Part shown: piece after piece, positions 1-64,000 of the stretch
How positions within the stretch are numbered: position 1 is the first letter of the stretch
Layout of the letters: each line of letters starts with the position of its first letter
Assembly: GCF_001194135.2 (NCBI RefSeq)
Contig: NC_068981.1
Coordinates: 94,466,283-94,530,282, forward strand
Source of the DNA: Octopus bimaculoides
Lineage: Eukaryota
Direction: 5' to 3'
DNA length: 64,000 bases
Notes under the pieces: model-generated
What the model was told of the DNA's origin: nothing
The model's input: the letters and a program-made list of their open reading frames with translations, nothing else
Database searches by the model: none
Program-made: the position numbers and the translations under genes

Positions 1-39
1 TTTATCCATCTATGAGGCGTACATTTGGTATACAATAAT

Positions 40-240
40 AAAAGAAAGACTACTTAATACATAAAGGAAGGGAATATAATAAACAACATGTCATCTAAGC
101 AAAATTTCTTCTCAATTAGATGTGTTACAAGTCTTTCTGTGACATTCATAAGTTGGTTCATCAATTTGATACTTCTATAGCTGTTTTTTGTTTCTGGGGA
201 AAATCTCACTGCATAGCATCTTGGATAATATTTTCTATCA
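40..240 (-). mobile_element. RTE-clade LINE RT fragment
   Basis: NSYRSIKLMNQLMNVTERLV resembles NYRGIKL...MKV.ERV of RTE RT. Confidence 0.65.
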
Positions 241-1199
241 TATTCTTGGGTCAGCTAAAGCCTTGTGAGTGAAATTCTGTGGAGGGGAAACTATGTGAAA
301 CCCTGTTGATATAACTGTTCTTGTTCTTCAGTGGTACATTTAATCCATCACTCATTTTAACACCACTGCCTGGCCTTTGGGTGCTTTTAGCAAAGTCCAC
401 TTTTTTGGTGCAAGTATCACAGCCTCATCTCTGGTCACAGCATAACATTTTCATTCCTCCCGCCAGTCCTGATTAAACCATAAATATATAAAAATAAAGA
501 AACTACAAAAAAGACTTTGTCTTTGCTCAGTGGAGCCAATCGAAAGTCAAAGGAGAAACTGGAGGGAAATTATAATGTTACTGTTGTGAATATAGTAAAG
601 CAAATCAATCCAAAGACCCACTGAATGGAACTAACAATTTTATGCAATTTAAGTACAAGTTCAGCAAGTTTGAGGGAAGCAGTTAGTCAGTACCATCAAC
701 TCCAGTACTTGACAGGTAATTTATTTTATCAGTCCTGAAAGGATGAAAGATAAAATTGATCTCATCAAGTTTTGAATCCAGACTGTAAAAAGCTGGCATA
801 AATACCACAAAGCATTTTTACCAATGCTCTAATGATTCTGTTAATCTCCTAATAATCCATTCTACTATTAGTACAAGGCCTGAAATTTTTTGGGAAGGAG
901 TTAGTTGATTACACCACCCACAGTGCTTACAAGTACTTATTTCATTGACACTGAAAGCAAAGTTGACTGCTGTGACATTTGAACTCAGAATGTAAAGTTG
1001 AATCAAACACCACTAAACTTTTGTCTGGTGTGCTAATGATTCTGCCAGTTCACTATCATAAGAGTACAAATAATAAAATATTGACTAACATCATCCATGA
1101 ATCTAGATCCCTTAGTTCACAAACATTTTATAAGGTTATAAGTTTTACTTCTCATACTAATAAATAAATACATAAATAACCATATTTATATATATTTAC

Positions 1200-52976
<51,777 letters not shown>

Positions 52977-53338
52977 AACGTGCACATAGAGAAACTGTTT
53001 CTACTCTCCACAAATCTGGAATATAAAAGAATAAAAATACAGGTCACTATTAGTGACGACAACAATTACGCAGAGAAAGTTATGGTTGTTGTTGCTGATC
53101 ATATTGATGATGATAATGGTGATGGTTGTGGTGACAATGATAGCAAGATTGATAGCAATAAAACCCAAGAATCACACACTATATACACAACATCTGTAGT
53201 TCAGGCGTCAACAGGCGTCAACCCGCTAGGTACAAGGTTCTTTCAAATGTATGTATGTATGTATGTATGTATGTATGTATGTATGTATGTATGTATGTAT
53301 GTGTATGTATGTATGTATGTACATATACATATGCATAC

Positions 53339-53393
<55 letters not shown>

Positions 53394-53476
53394 AAAATAG
53401 TTAAGGTCTGCCCTGTTGATAATTTTTAACCGGTCGATGTTGATGAAAATACTGTTGAAACCAGATTTTGATGCAA

Positions 53477-54486
53477 TTTTTAAGAAGACTAAGAGAAAAA
53501 GATGTTTTATATGACACATTCTACCAGTGTTCCAAGTTTCAAAGTGTTTCGTTAATGAAAAATGTGGCCCCCGTTTTAAAAAAGATCCAGGATATTTCCT
53601 AGTGCCACGATTTCTTTTTTTTTTTGTAAAGTGGGATAATGATATAGTCTGAGCTTCACTACAGATGGATCATTAAAAATTCTGCATTATACCTGAAATC
53701 AAACTTCATTGGTTCACTCATACTCACAAGATTCCTGGAACTTATATGTTTTACAAATGCTATTTCTCTTTTCATTCATGAATTTATAAATAAATCTTCA
53801 TTAACATTATTTCATAACGTAAACGATTTCTAAAAGGTTATTGAACACTCGAACACATTTTATGATAAGCAGAATCATGTCTATGATGTGATATTATTCT
53901 GGTGCTCTTGGCATGCGTGTGTTCGTGTTTTACACCCATAACCAAAGCACAGAATCGAAGACATAATCGAAATCGATAACTCGCAGAAACAATTTAATGA
54001 AAATCTATTTAGGCACGAAAGTAGGAATAAGAAACTATATAAAACGTGGAATTTCTACATTTTAAATTAATCATTCTAAGAATTCAGATTATAGATTAAT
54101 ATTTCAAGAGTTACTTGTAAATTCAAGAATTACTTTTAAGTCATTTTTTTTTTGTTATTGGAAAGATTTTAAGATTTTAAAAATTATTTTATGGGTTACT
54201 AAGCTTGATAGGAAGTAGAGTCGGTACAGCATCGGATAAGATAACTTGCGAAATTTTGGGGCTCTTATGCAGTGCAAAGTGTTGTTTTCTTTCATTCTTT
54301 TGGTGTCAATAAAATAATTATCTGTTACTAGGGTCAATCGTGGCACTAGGAAATATCCTTCCCTCAAATTTGGGATCTTTTTTAAAACGGGGGCCACATT
54401 TTTCATTAACGAAACACTTTGAAACTTGGAACACTGGTAGAATGTGTCATATAAAACATCTTTTTCTCTTAGTCTTCTTTTAAAAA
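53477..54486. repeat. About 135-bp inverted repeat pair separated by about 725 bp
   Basis: 53477-53612 is the reverse complement of about 54337-54486 apart from a 13-nt indel. Confidence 0.85.
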
Positions 54487-54610
54487 AAAGAAATCCATAA
54501 GTTATTCCATGTTAAAGTTGTCGTATTTCTGTAATTTCAACCAATCACTGACGTCCATTCAGCCGATATACATTAAGTGCCGACTACATAAACAAACGAT
54601 TCTGAAACAA

Positions 54611-54656
54611 TTAACCCTAATCCTAACCCTAGGGTTAGGGTTAGGGTTAGGGTTAA
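54611..54656. repeat. Inverted telomere-type repeat (CCCTAA)n|(TTAGGG)n at a gap edge
   Basis: ttaaccctaatcctaaccct|agggttagggttagggttagggttaa. Confidence 0.85.
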
Positions 54657-55603
54657 AGCANNNNNNNNNNNNNNNNNNNNNNNNNNNNNNNNNNNNNNNN
54701 NNNNNNNNNNNNNNNNNNNNNNNNNNNNNNNNNNNNNNNNNNNNNNNNNNNNNNNNNNNNNNNNNNNNNNNNNNNNNNNNNNNNNNNNNNNNNNNNNNNN
54801 NNNNNNNNNNNNNNNNNNNNNNNNNNNNNNNNNNNNNNNNNNNNNNNNNNNNNNNNNNNNNNNNNNNNNNNNNNNNNNNNNNNNNNNNNNNNNNNNNNNN
54901 NNNNNNNNNNNNNNNNNNNNNNNNNNNNNNNNNNNNNNNNNNNNNNNNNNNNNNNNNNNNNNNNNNNNNNNNNNNNNNNNNNNNNNNNNNNNNNNNNNNN
55001 NNNNNNNNNNNNNNNNNNNNNNNNNNNNNNNNNNNNNNNNNNNNNNNNNNNNNNNNNNNNNNNNNNNNNNNNNNNNNNNNNNNNNNNNNNNNNNNNNNNN
55101 NNNNNNNNNNNNNNNNNNNNNNNNNNNNNNNNNNNNNNNNNNNNNNNNNNNNNNNNNNNNNNNNNNNNNNNNNNNNNNNNNNNNNNNNNNNNNNNNNNNN
55201 NNNNNNNNNNNNNNNNNNNNNNNNNNNNNNNNNNNNNNNNNNNNNNNNNNNNNNNNNNNNNNNNNNNNNNNNNNNNNNNNNNNNNNNNNNNNNNNNNNNN
55301 NNNNNNNNNNNNNNNNNNNNNNNNNNNNNNNNNNNNNNNNNNNNNNNNNNNNNNNNNNNNNNNNNNNNNNNNNNNNNNNNNNNNNNNNNNNNNNNNNNNN
55401 NNNNNNNNNNNNNNNNNNNNNNNNNNNNNNNNNNNNNNNNNNNNNNNNNNNNNNNNNNNNNNNNNNNNNNNNNNNNNNNNNNNNNNNNNNNNNNNNNNNN
55501 NNNNNNNNNNNNNNNNNNNNNNNNNNNNNNNNNNNNNNNNNNNNNNNNNNNNNNNNNNNNNNNNNNNNNNNNNNNNNNNNNNNNNNNNNNNNNNNNNNNN
55601 NNN

Positions 55604-55653
<50 letters not shown>

Positions 55654-55734
55654 CCATACACGCGCGCGCGGGCAGACGTTGAATTGTTTCGAAAGAAAGA
55701 GAAATTCGCAATACATGTGAAACGAATTTTCTGT

Positions 55735-55785
55735 TCGCTGATAGGCCGTTACTTTTCTACCTCATTCATTGATTGGTTATTGTTA
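55735..55785. promoter_or_regulatory. Candidate promoter with CCAAT-type boxes between divergent genes
   Basis: CTGATAGGC and TGATTGGTT about 33 bp apart, downstream of a CG-rich run, in the CpG-retaining zone; motif evidence only. Confidence 0.3.
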
Positions 55786-57463
55786 GACTATTATTTATTT
55801 TTTGAGGGTGTGTATTTGCTTACTCATTCTAGATTTATTACACAAAAAGAGAATTTTTTTTATAAGTGTTATTTTCATTGTATTGCGTTTGTAAAGGATG
55901 TATGCATGTGACTAAGTTTGATTGTTAAACTAACTAAGAATGTACATGGTCACCATAAATGTTTCAATCTACCAGAACGAATTAAGAATGAATATATATA
56001 CATTACTGTTTGGATCCTTTTTAATTTTTAAAGATGACTCTGCTGTAAAAGATTTGTTAAGACCGAATGACGTTGGTGTGGCTATTTTAATGGGTACAAT
56101 TATTTAGGGAGTGTTTGCGCGCATATGTATGTTTGTGTTCGTAATCATATGTTCACTGATGTGTGAATATCAAACTGATTGGTATGGTTAAAATATTTGG
56201 GAGTGCATGTATTGCGATATGTAGAATTTTATTATTGAATGAAGAGCATGTGTAGTTCGAATTGTAGGTTTTCAGGTGTATCAGTGACTTGTGGACAAGG
56301 CGGATTTTGGGGGGAATTTATGCGTGTACACATATGGATATAATAAATATTGCTTATATAAGGGAAACATGTGCCGTTTGAAGTGTAAGTTTTCAGGAGT
56401 GTACGTGCGAGTGTGTATATAGATATGTGTACGTATGTATGTGTATGTTGTAGCCTAGATAAAAATTCATTTTCCTTAGACTATACACATACATATGTGC
56501 ACACACACATGCACGCACACAGACTCTCACACACAAACGAAGAAAATGAGGACGAAATGTACAGCTCATTTGTAATGTTTAGCCTTATCTCCTGCAGCCT
56601 AGGGACATAGACATATACAAAACAAGAGAAAAACTCAATTATGGCCTATATAATTCACATAAATTAAACATTATTTAAATTAACTCCACCTTTTGAGATT
56701 GTATCACCATCACCGAATAGCAATTGAGGCCATTTCCTTAGGAGGAACTCTGACACTCGAGACACCAAAGTGAGAGGTGAGGGTCATCTCAAAAGATTTA
56801 ATGTGAAAACAAATCTTAAACTCTCAGTAAAGTGTTTTCTACAAAGTTAATGATATAACACGAGACGTGGAAGTCGTAGTTTTTTTCTTCTTAGTAGAAA
56901 AGTATGGACAAAGTAAACAGTTGTTGATGTGTGACTTTGAAAGTATAATTCAACATGACTAAACTCAAGCTGTCTGTACATGACCATCAGTAAACCTTCG
57001 TAATTACCTTATTACTGTGAGTCAGAATGATCAGATAATAATGCAATTGATAATCATAATCAGGTAGTAAAATAAGATATTCTAGTAGATATCTTTATTT
57101 AACTAAGAAATTTTTAATCAAAAAAATTTCTACCTAATTAAAGATTTCTAACTCTTATCAAAATCTGGGGATTCTTGATTCGAAGTTTAATCTCGCTAAA
57201 TCTATAAGTCGGATTTAAAAATCGTTTTGATATGTTTGAGCTAAAATATCTGCTGATGCTACTGAAGCTGGAACTATGGACAGTATTCTCAAATTAACAT
57301 AAACATTTGAAAATATCTCAGAAAATTTTGTTATTTTGTAAATTCAGCAATTTTCAAAGTTCGTTTTTTCTAAAATTCGATTCAAGTAAATGTAGAATTT
57401 TCGTTGAAAAATCTTCAAGATGAGTAAGATATTAATGACTATTTTTTTTTTTTTTTGTAATAG

Positions 57464-57571
57464 CTCATTTTCTGCCAACAGCGCCACTAATAACATTATG
57501 AATCGAAATACAGAACGCAGATTTTCTGAAGTAGGATTCTTCAAACAAATCACACATGCTAGTAATTTCCC
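57464..57571 (+). CDS. Candidate exon of an unidentified divergent gene (ATG 57498: MNRNTERRFSEVGFFKQITHASNFP)
   Basis: T-rich acceptor ending TAG, CC|GTAAGA donor, open frame, phase-2 end matching the next exon. Confidence 0.45.
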
Positions 57572-58769
57572 GTAAGATGGTATCAAGTATTGTTTCATGA
57601 TGCCCAAGGAAGAGTTTCATCTCAATCTTCCATCTCTAGATCTGACAATTTTGATTCCAAATACTTTTCCATTTGTTTCATAACTTCATCAAAACTTTAT
57701 GGAAAATTTCACTCGCAAGCGCCATCCACGTCCAGCGAGGCATCTCTGGCTTGAATGATCTAATTGCGAATACCTGCTGGAGTTAATAACCAACTCCAAA
57801 CAACCGATATCAACATACGAATTTAAAATTTTAGGAATGATAATACTCTAATGGTATCAGTTAATACTCTAATGGGGTGTAAGGGATTCTGAATAGAAGT
57901 AGTGCTTTTGGGGTGTGGCGGCTGCACCTTGTCAGGGATGGTCAGGTAGACGGGCATCACTGGTCCTCATTCAATTCTTAACCTCTCATTAGATAATTCC
58001 GAACGCCACATTCCGGTATCCTACTTCAGCTGGTGGGCTAAAGCAAGTGAGGGGATGGTGTTAACACTGCCCTAGTAGGCGAAAGATTCCGGGTTAGGCT
58101 TCCAGAGTAGTCACCAGCTAGCACAGAGGAACCTGCTCAGGTCAGCTGCTTAATGTTTAGGGCCAAGGTGTGTCTCAGGTCGAGGTATACAGTTGTGGCT
58201 AACAGCTTGGAGAGGAGTGGGCGCTGCTATGCTAACTTTCCCATGATACATTCATGATGATGACAACTAGCAAAAGAAAACACATCAGATCGGTCGTCGC
58301 CCGGGTGGGTTAACCTTTAAAAGTAGACAGGCTTCAGTTCCGCCGAATTACAGAGGGTAGCAGAAGACCGAGAGAAGTGGTAAAATCTGGCTGTGATGTC
58401 ATCAACGAATGCTCCTACGACCACATGGTCAAAGGATAGGAAGGAAGGAAGAAAATAAGGACAGAAGAAAGAAGGGAAGGAAGGAGGGAAGGAAGGAAGA
58501 AGGAAAGAAGGTGGGAAGGACGGAAGGAATACTTCAATCATTTAATTCCTCGTCCTTGGCTGTTAAGCTGTAAAACATGATGCAATGCCAACTGAATAGA
58601 GATTATTTGGGTAGTTTAAAGTTGTCAACTGAATCCTTATTCAAAGACAGAGCAGTAACTTTCTAAGGCATACACTTTTTTCAACGTGACTTAACCTTTT
58701 CATGTACACTCCCTTCACTTTAACCTTGATATTATATTAGCGTTTTCCTGTGTTAAACTGTGTTTAAAA

Positions 58770-59092
58770 CAGTTGTTCTCAACCAGGGTGCATATAAGAG
58801 TTGGTGGGGTGGGGGTCCACGCAAGCAAAATTGCAAATTGGGGATCTACAATAGTATTTTAAAAGTTCATATAAAGTTTTGATTTAAATGTCTCTATTGC
58901 AAGAGACAGACAGGCTTCTTTCTGTAATGCTTTACACAGTTCAGCCTACGCATATTAATATGTGAATAACAAAATAGAAATTTTGAAAGAAGTATCTATA
59001 AAACTAGTTTTTAAATATCGAATGGCTATGGAGCTCTACCAAAAGAGAATAGTAATCAAAGGAGTCCATAAAAAAACTGTTGAGAAACCCAG
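58770..59092. mobile_element. hAT MITE, second copy of the 14852-15202 family
   Basis: CAGTTGTTCTCAAC ... TTGAGAAACCCAG termini, shared internal sequence, degraded 8-bp duplication gtttaaaa/ctttaaga. Confidence 0.75.
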
Positions 59093-59679
59093 CTTTAAGA
59101 GATATCTTATGATCAGAGTGGGTTTATGCATGTTTGTATAATTTAATCACGTTCACGCTGCATTGTTATTCTTGCACATAACTAAGGCGGCAGGCTGGCA
59201 GAATCGCTAGCGTGGTGGACAGAATGCTTAGTAGCATTTCTTCTAGTTCCTTACGTTCAGAGCTCAATTTCCGCCGAGGTCCACTTTGCCTTACATCCTT
59301 ATGAAGTCGATAAAATTATGTACCAGTCAAGTACTGGGGTCGTTGTAAGCGATTTGCCCTTCTACTCGAAGTTGCTGGTTTTATGTCAAAATTAGAAAGA
59401 ATCCTTGTGCATAAATCACATGAACTGACTTTGTTATAGGTATTACCCTTTTCCTTTATAAGGAGCTGTTAATGAGAATATATAAATGTTTACACTAAGG
59501 TGATGCTGCTTTTACTATAACCAGAGAACTAATGTTTTTTTTTTTTTTTATCTAAGCACAGAATTCACTAAACATCAATGCGAAAGGTAATATCTCTAAT
59601 AAAATAAATACAATAAAGCCAACAAAAGTCTCATTTTATCTTATTTTCAACTCAGATTTCAAATAAATGACATTTTCAG

Positions 59680-59808
59680 ATATGAGTTGGATGTGGTCCC
59701 AGATGACATTAAAAACAAAAAGAAAAAACTCTTTTCGGTGGACTTTTGGGTCCCGGTTTCGGAACAACTTGGTGATTCCACTTGCTTGACTGCAACCACT
59801 GTTGCTAA
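59680..59808 (+). CDS. Candidate exon of an unidentified divergent gene (YELDVVPDDIKNKKKKLFSVDFWVPVSEQLGDSTCLTATTVAK)
   Basis: ttttcag acceptor, 129-nt open phase 2>2 exon, GTAACT donor; protein-like composition; no homolog recognised. Confidence 0.5.
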
Positions 59809-60397
59809 GTAACTGTCGCTAAGTTACGGGGACGAAAACACACCAGCATNNNNNNNNNNNNNNNNNNNNNNNNNNNNNNNNNNNNNNNNNNNNNNNNNNN
59901 NNNNNNNNNNNNNNNNNNNNNNNNNNNNNNNNNNNNNNNNNNNNNNNNNNNNNNNNNNNNNNNNNNNNNNNNNNNNNNNNNNNNNNNNNNNNNNNNNNNN
60001 NNNNNNNNNNNNNNNNNNNNNNNNNNNNNNNNNNNNNNNNNNNNNNNNNNNNNNNNNNNNNNNNNNNNNNNNNNNNNNNNNNNNNNNNNNNNNNNNNNNN
60101 NNNNNNNNNNNNNNNNNNNNNNNNNNNNNNNNNNNNNNNNNNNNNNNNNNNNNNNNNNNNNNNNNNNNNNNNNNNNNNNNNNNNNNNNNNNNNNNNNNNN
60201 NNNNNNNNNNNNNNNNNNNNNNNNNNNNNNNNNNNNNNNNNNNNNNNNNNNNNNNNNNNNNNNNNNNNNNNNNNNNNNNNNNNNNNNNNNNNNNNNNNNN
60301 NNNNNNNNNNNNNNNNNNNNNNNNNNNNNNNNNNNNNNNNNNNNNNNNNNNNNNNNNNNNNNNNNNNNNNNNNNNNNNNNNNNNNNNNNNNNNNNNN

Positions 60398-60428
<31 letters not shown>

Positions 60429-61379
60429 GTGAAGATAGTGTAAAGCACATGGTTTTTGTATGCCTTCTTAATCTAGTGAAATTGATAAGTCGATGTTCAA
60501 TTCGACCTTCTGTAGATCGGCGCGACTAAAATAAAAAATCACGCTGTAAAAAAAGAAACTGGAGATAGAGAGATATAGAAAAAAAGTAGTTGGACATGGT
60601 CTATTGATATGCAGTTTGCTAGATTGCAAAAGCAGTGTCTGTTATAGAAAAGGTAAAAAAAGAAAATAAGTAAAACAAAGCAGAATGCTGGTCGAGGCGT
60701 TATTGGTGAGTGAAGTTTTGTGAGTCCAGTGTTGGTCAGTCTTAACAGATCAATTCTTTATGATAATACCCGAATATGTGTCATGCAAATGACTTGTCGA
60801 AAATTGAATTCACTTAATTTACTCCCTAGATTTCTCTCTTAGACTTTTGTTTTAAACATTAAACTTCCTTCGAAAGCAGGCGTTCGAACAATCAAGCAAC
60901 AGTTTGGAGCGTCTTTGAAGAATTCAGCAAATTTCAAGAACTTCAGAATTCTATTCGATCGGAATAAATAGATTTATTTATTGGTAAAGATATGTAGATT
61001 TTGAAGGTTATTATTTCAAATTGAGGGATATTGCTTAAAAGTTAATTAAAACCCAGTTATACACACACAGGTGTGTGTGTTTGTGTGTGTGTAAGTAAAG
61101 AAAATCGCTAAAATCGAAAATACAAGTAACTAAACAAATTGAGTGAAAACAGCTGTTAAAATACAGAAACCTACAAGACAAAACTGAATTACTAGAGGCT
61201 GACATTAAGAACAATAATTGTCAACTTTTCCACTCAGTCAAAAGAATGAGGAATAGAAAACATAGAGTACATTCAAAAATAATTATTGTAACATACAGAC
61301 AAATATAGTTGGGATATTTCAATATTGGGAAAATTTATTTCAGAAAACATTGAATTTCCATATAACTCAGAAGCAACAT

Positions 61380-62270
61380 CAGAATTTCTGTTTGGCCCAC
61401 GTGGTCTGGATATTCATGCAGAAATAACGAAAGAAGAATTTAAAAAGGTAACGAAATACTAAAAGATTAAACCTGTATGCTGGTAACACCACTATACAAG
61501 TAGAATGATAAGCAAAAATTCGAAAAACAATAGTTATTTCTCTCTTATTAATATCAGGAAAAGTGTTTGATAGAATCTTCTTTGTAAGAATGAAAAGTAA
61601 AACCAAAGGGGTTGTAAAATATTTCATTTCGCGTTGCTCCAGTTCACTCAACTGTAAACGAGTGCCAGCAATAGCTGGGAAGTTACCTTGGGGTGGATGG
61701 TGCACCGTTCAGGAAGAGTATTGCCCTAGGGCTCATGACACAAGTGTGTCGTGAGCATGACGGATTGGTCTGAAATATGCTGAGGCTTTGAAACAAAGCT
61801 GCCAGCTCTGCTCCGTCCTTTTTCAACATCTTCCTGAAATTCGTCATGAATGAAACGAATATCTTGGACACAAGTTTGGTACTCACTAACGCTTTCTCCA
61901 TACAAATTAGATATGCAACAATATAACTCTATTATCTACGATCCTGTCATCTAGCAAGGAAATATACCATGTTGGATAGTTCTGAAGTGAAACACATTAC
62001 AGCGTTTATGTTTTCCTGTAGCGTAGCATGAAATGGTACAGAAGAGAGAGAGGACGGGTGTCTCTAGCATGTACAGAAGACTTACAAGTATATCAGCCCG
62101 CAACTAAAATGTCAAGCTGTACAATACCCTTATTCTCCACATCTCTATCTACGTCCCAGAAACACGGACCCTAACATATGAAGTTACTCCCAGACTAGAA
62201 GTTTTTGAAAATTGGTGTTTCCGGTTCACATTAGGGTTATTATTATTCTATAGACGTAGGATTACTGTCA
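61380..62270 (+). mobile_element. Decayed LINE reverse transcriptase remnant
   Basis: Fragments GPRGLDI, SLINIRKSVFDRIFF, SAPSFFNIFLKFVM and IRYA in order, with stops; interrupted by a SINE piece near 61600-61690. Confidence 0.55.
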
Positions 62271-62398
62271 TAAGAAAATCTCTTTATTTGATATACACCA
62301 ATATCGAAGTCATAAGAATGAAGAGACTAAAATAGTTTGACTGGAAGGCTACTTAGTAACTAGAAAAAGTAAGGTTTTCTGCTAAGACTAAACCCCAG

Positions 62399-62497
62399 AC
62401 CACATGAAAGGTCGTTTAAGAAGTGGGCCTCTCAAATACTTGAAGACACAGGATTTCCACTCGAAAAAGCGGAAGTCAGAGCATACGACCAAGGGAG
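62399..62497 (+). CDS. Possible third exon of the divergent gene (PHERSFKKWASQILEDTGFPLEKAEVRAYDQG)
   Basis: 99-nt open phase 2>2 segment; both splice sites are weak. Confidence 0.25.
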
Positions 62498-62567
62498 GTG
62501 TGGTGATCCAGTTGACAGGAGAGAGAGAGAGAGAGAGATGGTTTAACCAGAGCCGAGCAACTAAGAG

Positions 62568-62649
<82 letters not shown>

Positions 62650-63247
62650 ATATATATATAAATATGTGTTATATAAATATGTGTGTGTGTGTATGCAAGC
62701 GAGTGTGTGAGTGTCGATGTATGTGTGTGTGTATGCATGTATGAGGTGTATATGTGTCTAGTGTATGTATATGTTTATACTTTGTACTCACCCTAACAGG
62801 TTTTCTTTTCTAAGGTTATTCAACAAGTAAATCAAAGAGAAGGTAGTCTGTACAATCCGATAGGTGTAAATAATCTGTTTAACTGAATTAATATGCGACT
62901 GGAGTTGAGGTCAGAATGAATAACAACATTAATTGTCCAATCCTATCTCAGCAATGATTTGACGTAAGACTCGTATTAATATCTTTTCTTTTTTTTTTTT
63001 AAGAGTCGATCTAAGGAGCGGAGGAAGTAGAAGGAAATTGAAAGGAAAATTTATAAGTAGAGCACTGACAAATAAATAGAATGTAAAAATACGAAATTTT
63101 CTACTGTGAGACTGCACCTAGATCATGACGCCTTCCAAATGAGAAAGCAATACGAAGAGAACTGAATCGAATGTATAATTGATTGTGTAAGAAAAAAATG
63201 AATGATTTGCATTTGGGAATTTTCTATTAAGTTTTGTTTTTTTCCAG

Positions 63248-64000
63248 TTGCGATCTTTTCGCATATCTTCGAATTGTGGTCTGTGAAAAGGAAGAAAGAA
63301 ACTCTCTCCTACGCTGGGAAAAAAGCAATGATTTCTTCCAAAGATATGAATAAACTTTTAAACAAGAATTCAGCACAGATAATCCATTCCTAAAGAAAAG
63401 AACTATAAATAATAAACAAAAACTGAACAACGCACAAACCACCACCAATTTCAACCACTTAATCAACAACAACCCTCCTCATTACCCTCCATACACCATA
63501 AATAGAAATCACTTACAACCACCACTTTTGAACCACCCAAAACTAAACAGGGAACAAGCTTACAGACAACGCATTTATGAAATAGATTGCACCAAACCTA
63601 AAGATCACCCATACACCTGGAACAGAACACAGAACACAGAACAAAAATCCGGAATTGCTATGGGCACTAGGGCAGCTCCAGTCATTGCGAACCTAACAAT
63701 GGGTTACCTGGAAATAATAATATACCAGGAATCTTTATCCACCTTTGGAAACACCCTTTCCCAATACATAAAAGAAAATTGGAAAAGGTTCCTGGACGAC
63801 TGTTTCATACTCTGGAATGAAAACACAGATCAACTCTTGAAATTCAAAAGTCTATTGAACAGTGTCAACCCAAACATACAGTTCACAATGGAGTACAACC
63901 AAAAGGAGCTCCCATTCTTGGATATACTAATTAAAAAAGTAAACCTAAAAATAGAAACGGACATATTTTACAAAACCACAGACGCCAAACAATATCTACT
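63248..64000 (+). mobile_element. Penelope-like element ORF with reverse transcriptase, internally deleted, truncated by window edge
   Basis: One frame from 63249 to the edge with a single stop (63351). Contains GIAMGTRAAPVIANLTMGYLE, WKRFLDDCF, IQFTME..ELPFLDI and TDIFYKTTD, typical PLE RT motifs. Confidence 0.9.

Noticed and set aside
54611-54656. Ancestral telomere-telomere fusion site
   Set aside because: Repeat order is opposite to that expected from an end-to-end fusion.
57344-57607. 87-aa minus-strand ORF as ABCA 5' exon
   Set aside because: No ABCA motif; it is antisense to the better-supported plus-strand exon and ends in poly-A-derived lysines.
61683-61901. Minus-strand ORF MEKALVSTK... 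with a GTAACT donor
   Set aside because: It is the antisense of a decayed LINE RT on the plus strand.
63248-63353. Terminal exon of the divergent host gene
   Set aside because: The same frame continues past the single stop into the Penelope RT, so it is more simply the element's own N-terminus.

Overview
Eukaryotic, AT-rich, N-gapped scaffold window, dense in microsatellites and tRNA-derived SINEs. The repeat content suggests an octopod cephalopod (inference). Most of the window (minus strand, ATG at 52976, running past position 1200 toward the left edge) is the 5' part of an ABCA-subfamily lipid transporter gene. I reconstructed 24 phase-consistent coding exons by hand, one of which runs into an assembly gap. 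They give at least about 1170 aa without reaching the second transmembrane helix. The first extracellular domain is built from about six tandem copies of a four-exon cassette (phases 2>1, 1>0, 0>0 with a C-x24-31-C motif, 0>2). Three of the four exons match the phases of human ABCA4 exons 4-6. The introns carry Tc1/mariner elements (a DD41D-type copy and two fold-back non-autonomous copies), hAT MITEs, RTE LINE remnants, several SINE families, minisatellites and five local inverted repeats. Several minimal hammerhead-ribozyme motifs of the Penelope-associated type are present, one pair arranged as a 109-bp near-perfect palindrome. Upstream of the ABCA start lie an inverted telomere-type repeat, a CCAAT-bearing candidate promoter, a candidate divergent spliced gene of unknown function, and a Penelope-like reverse transcriptase at the right edge. 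Most ORFs in the supplied track are microsatellite or gap artefacts.
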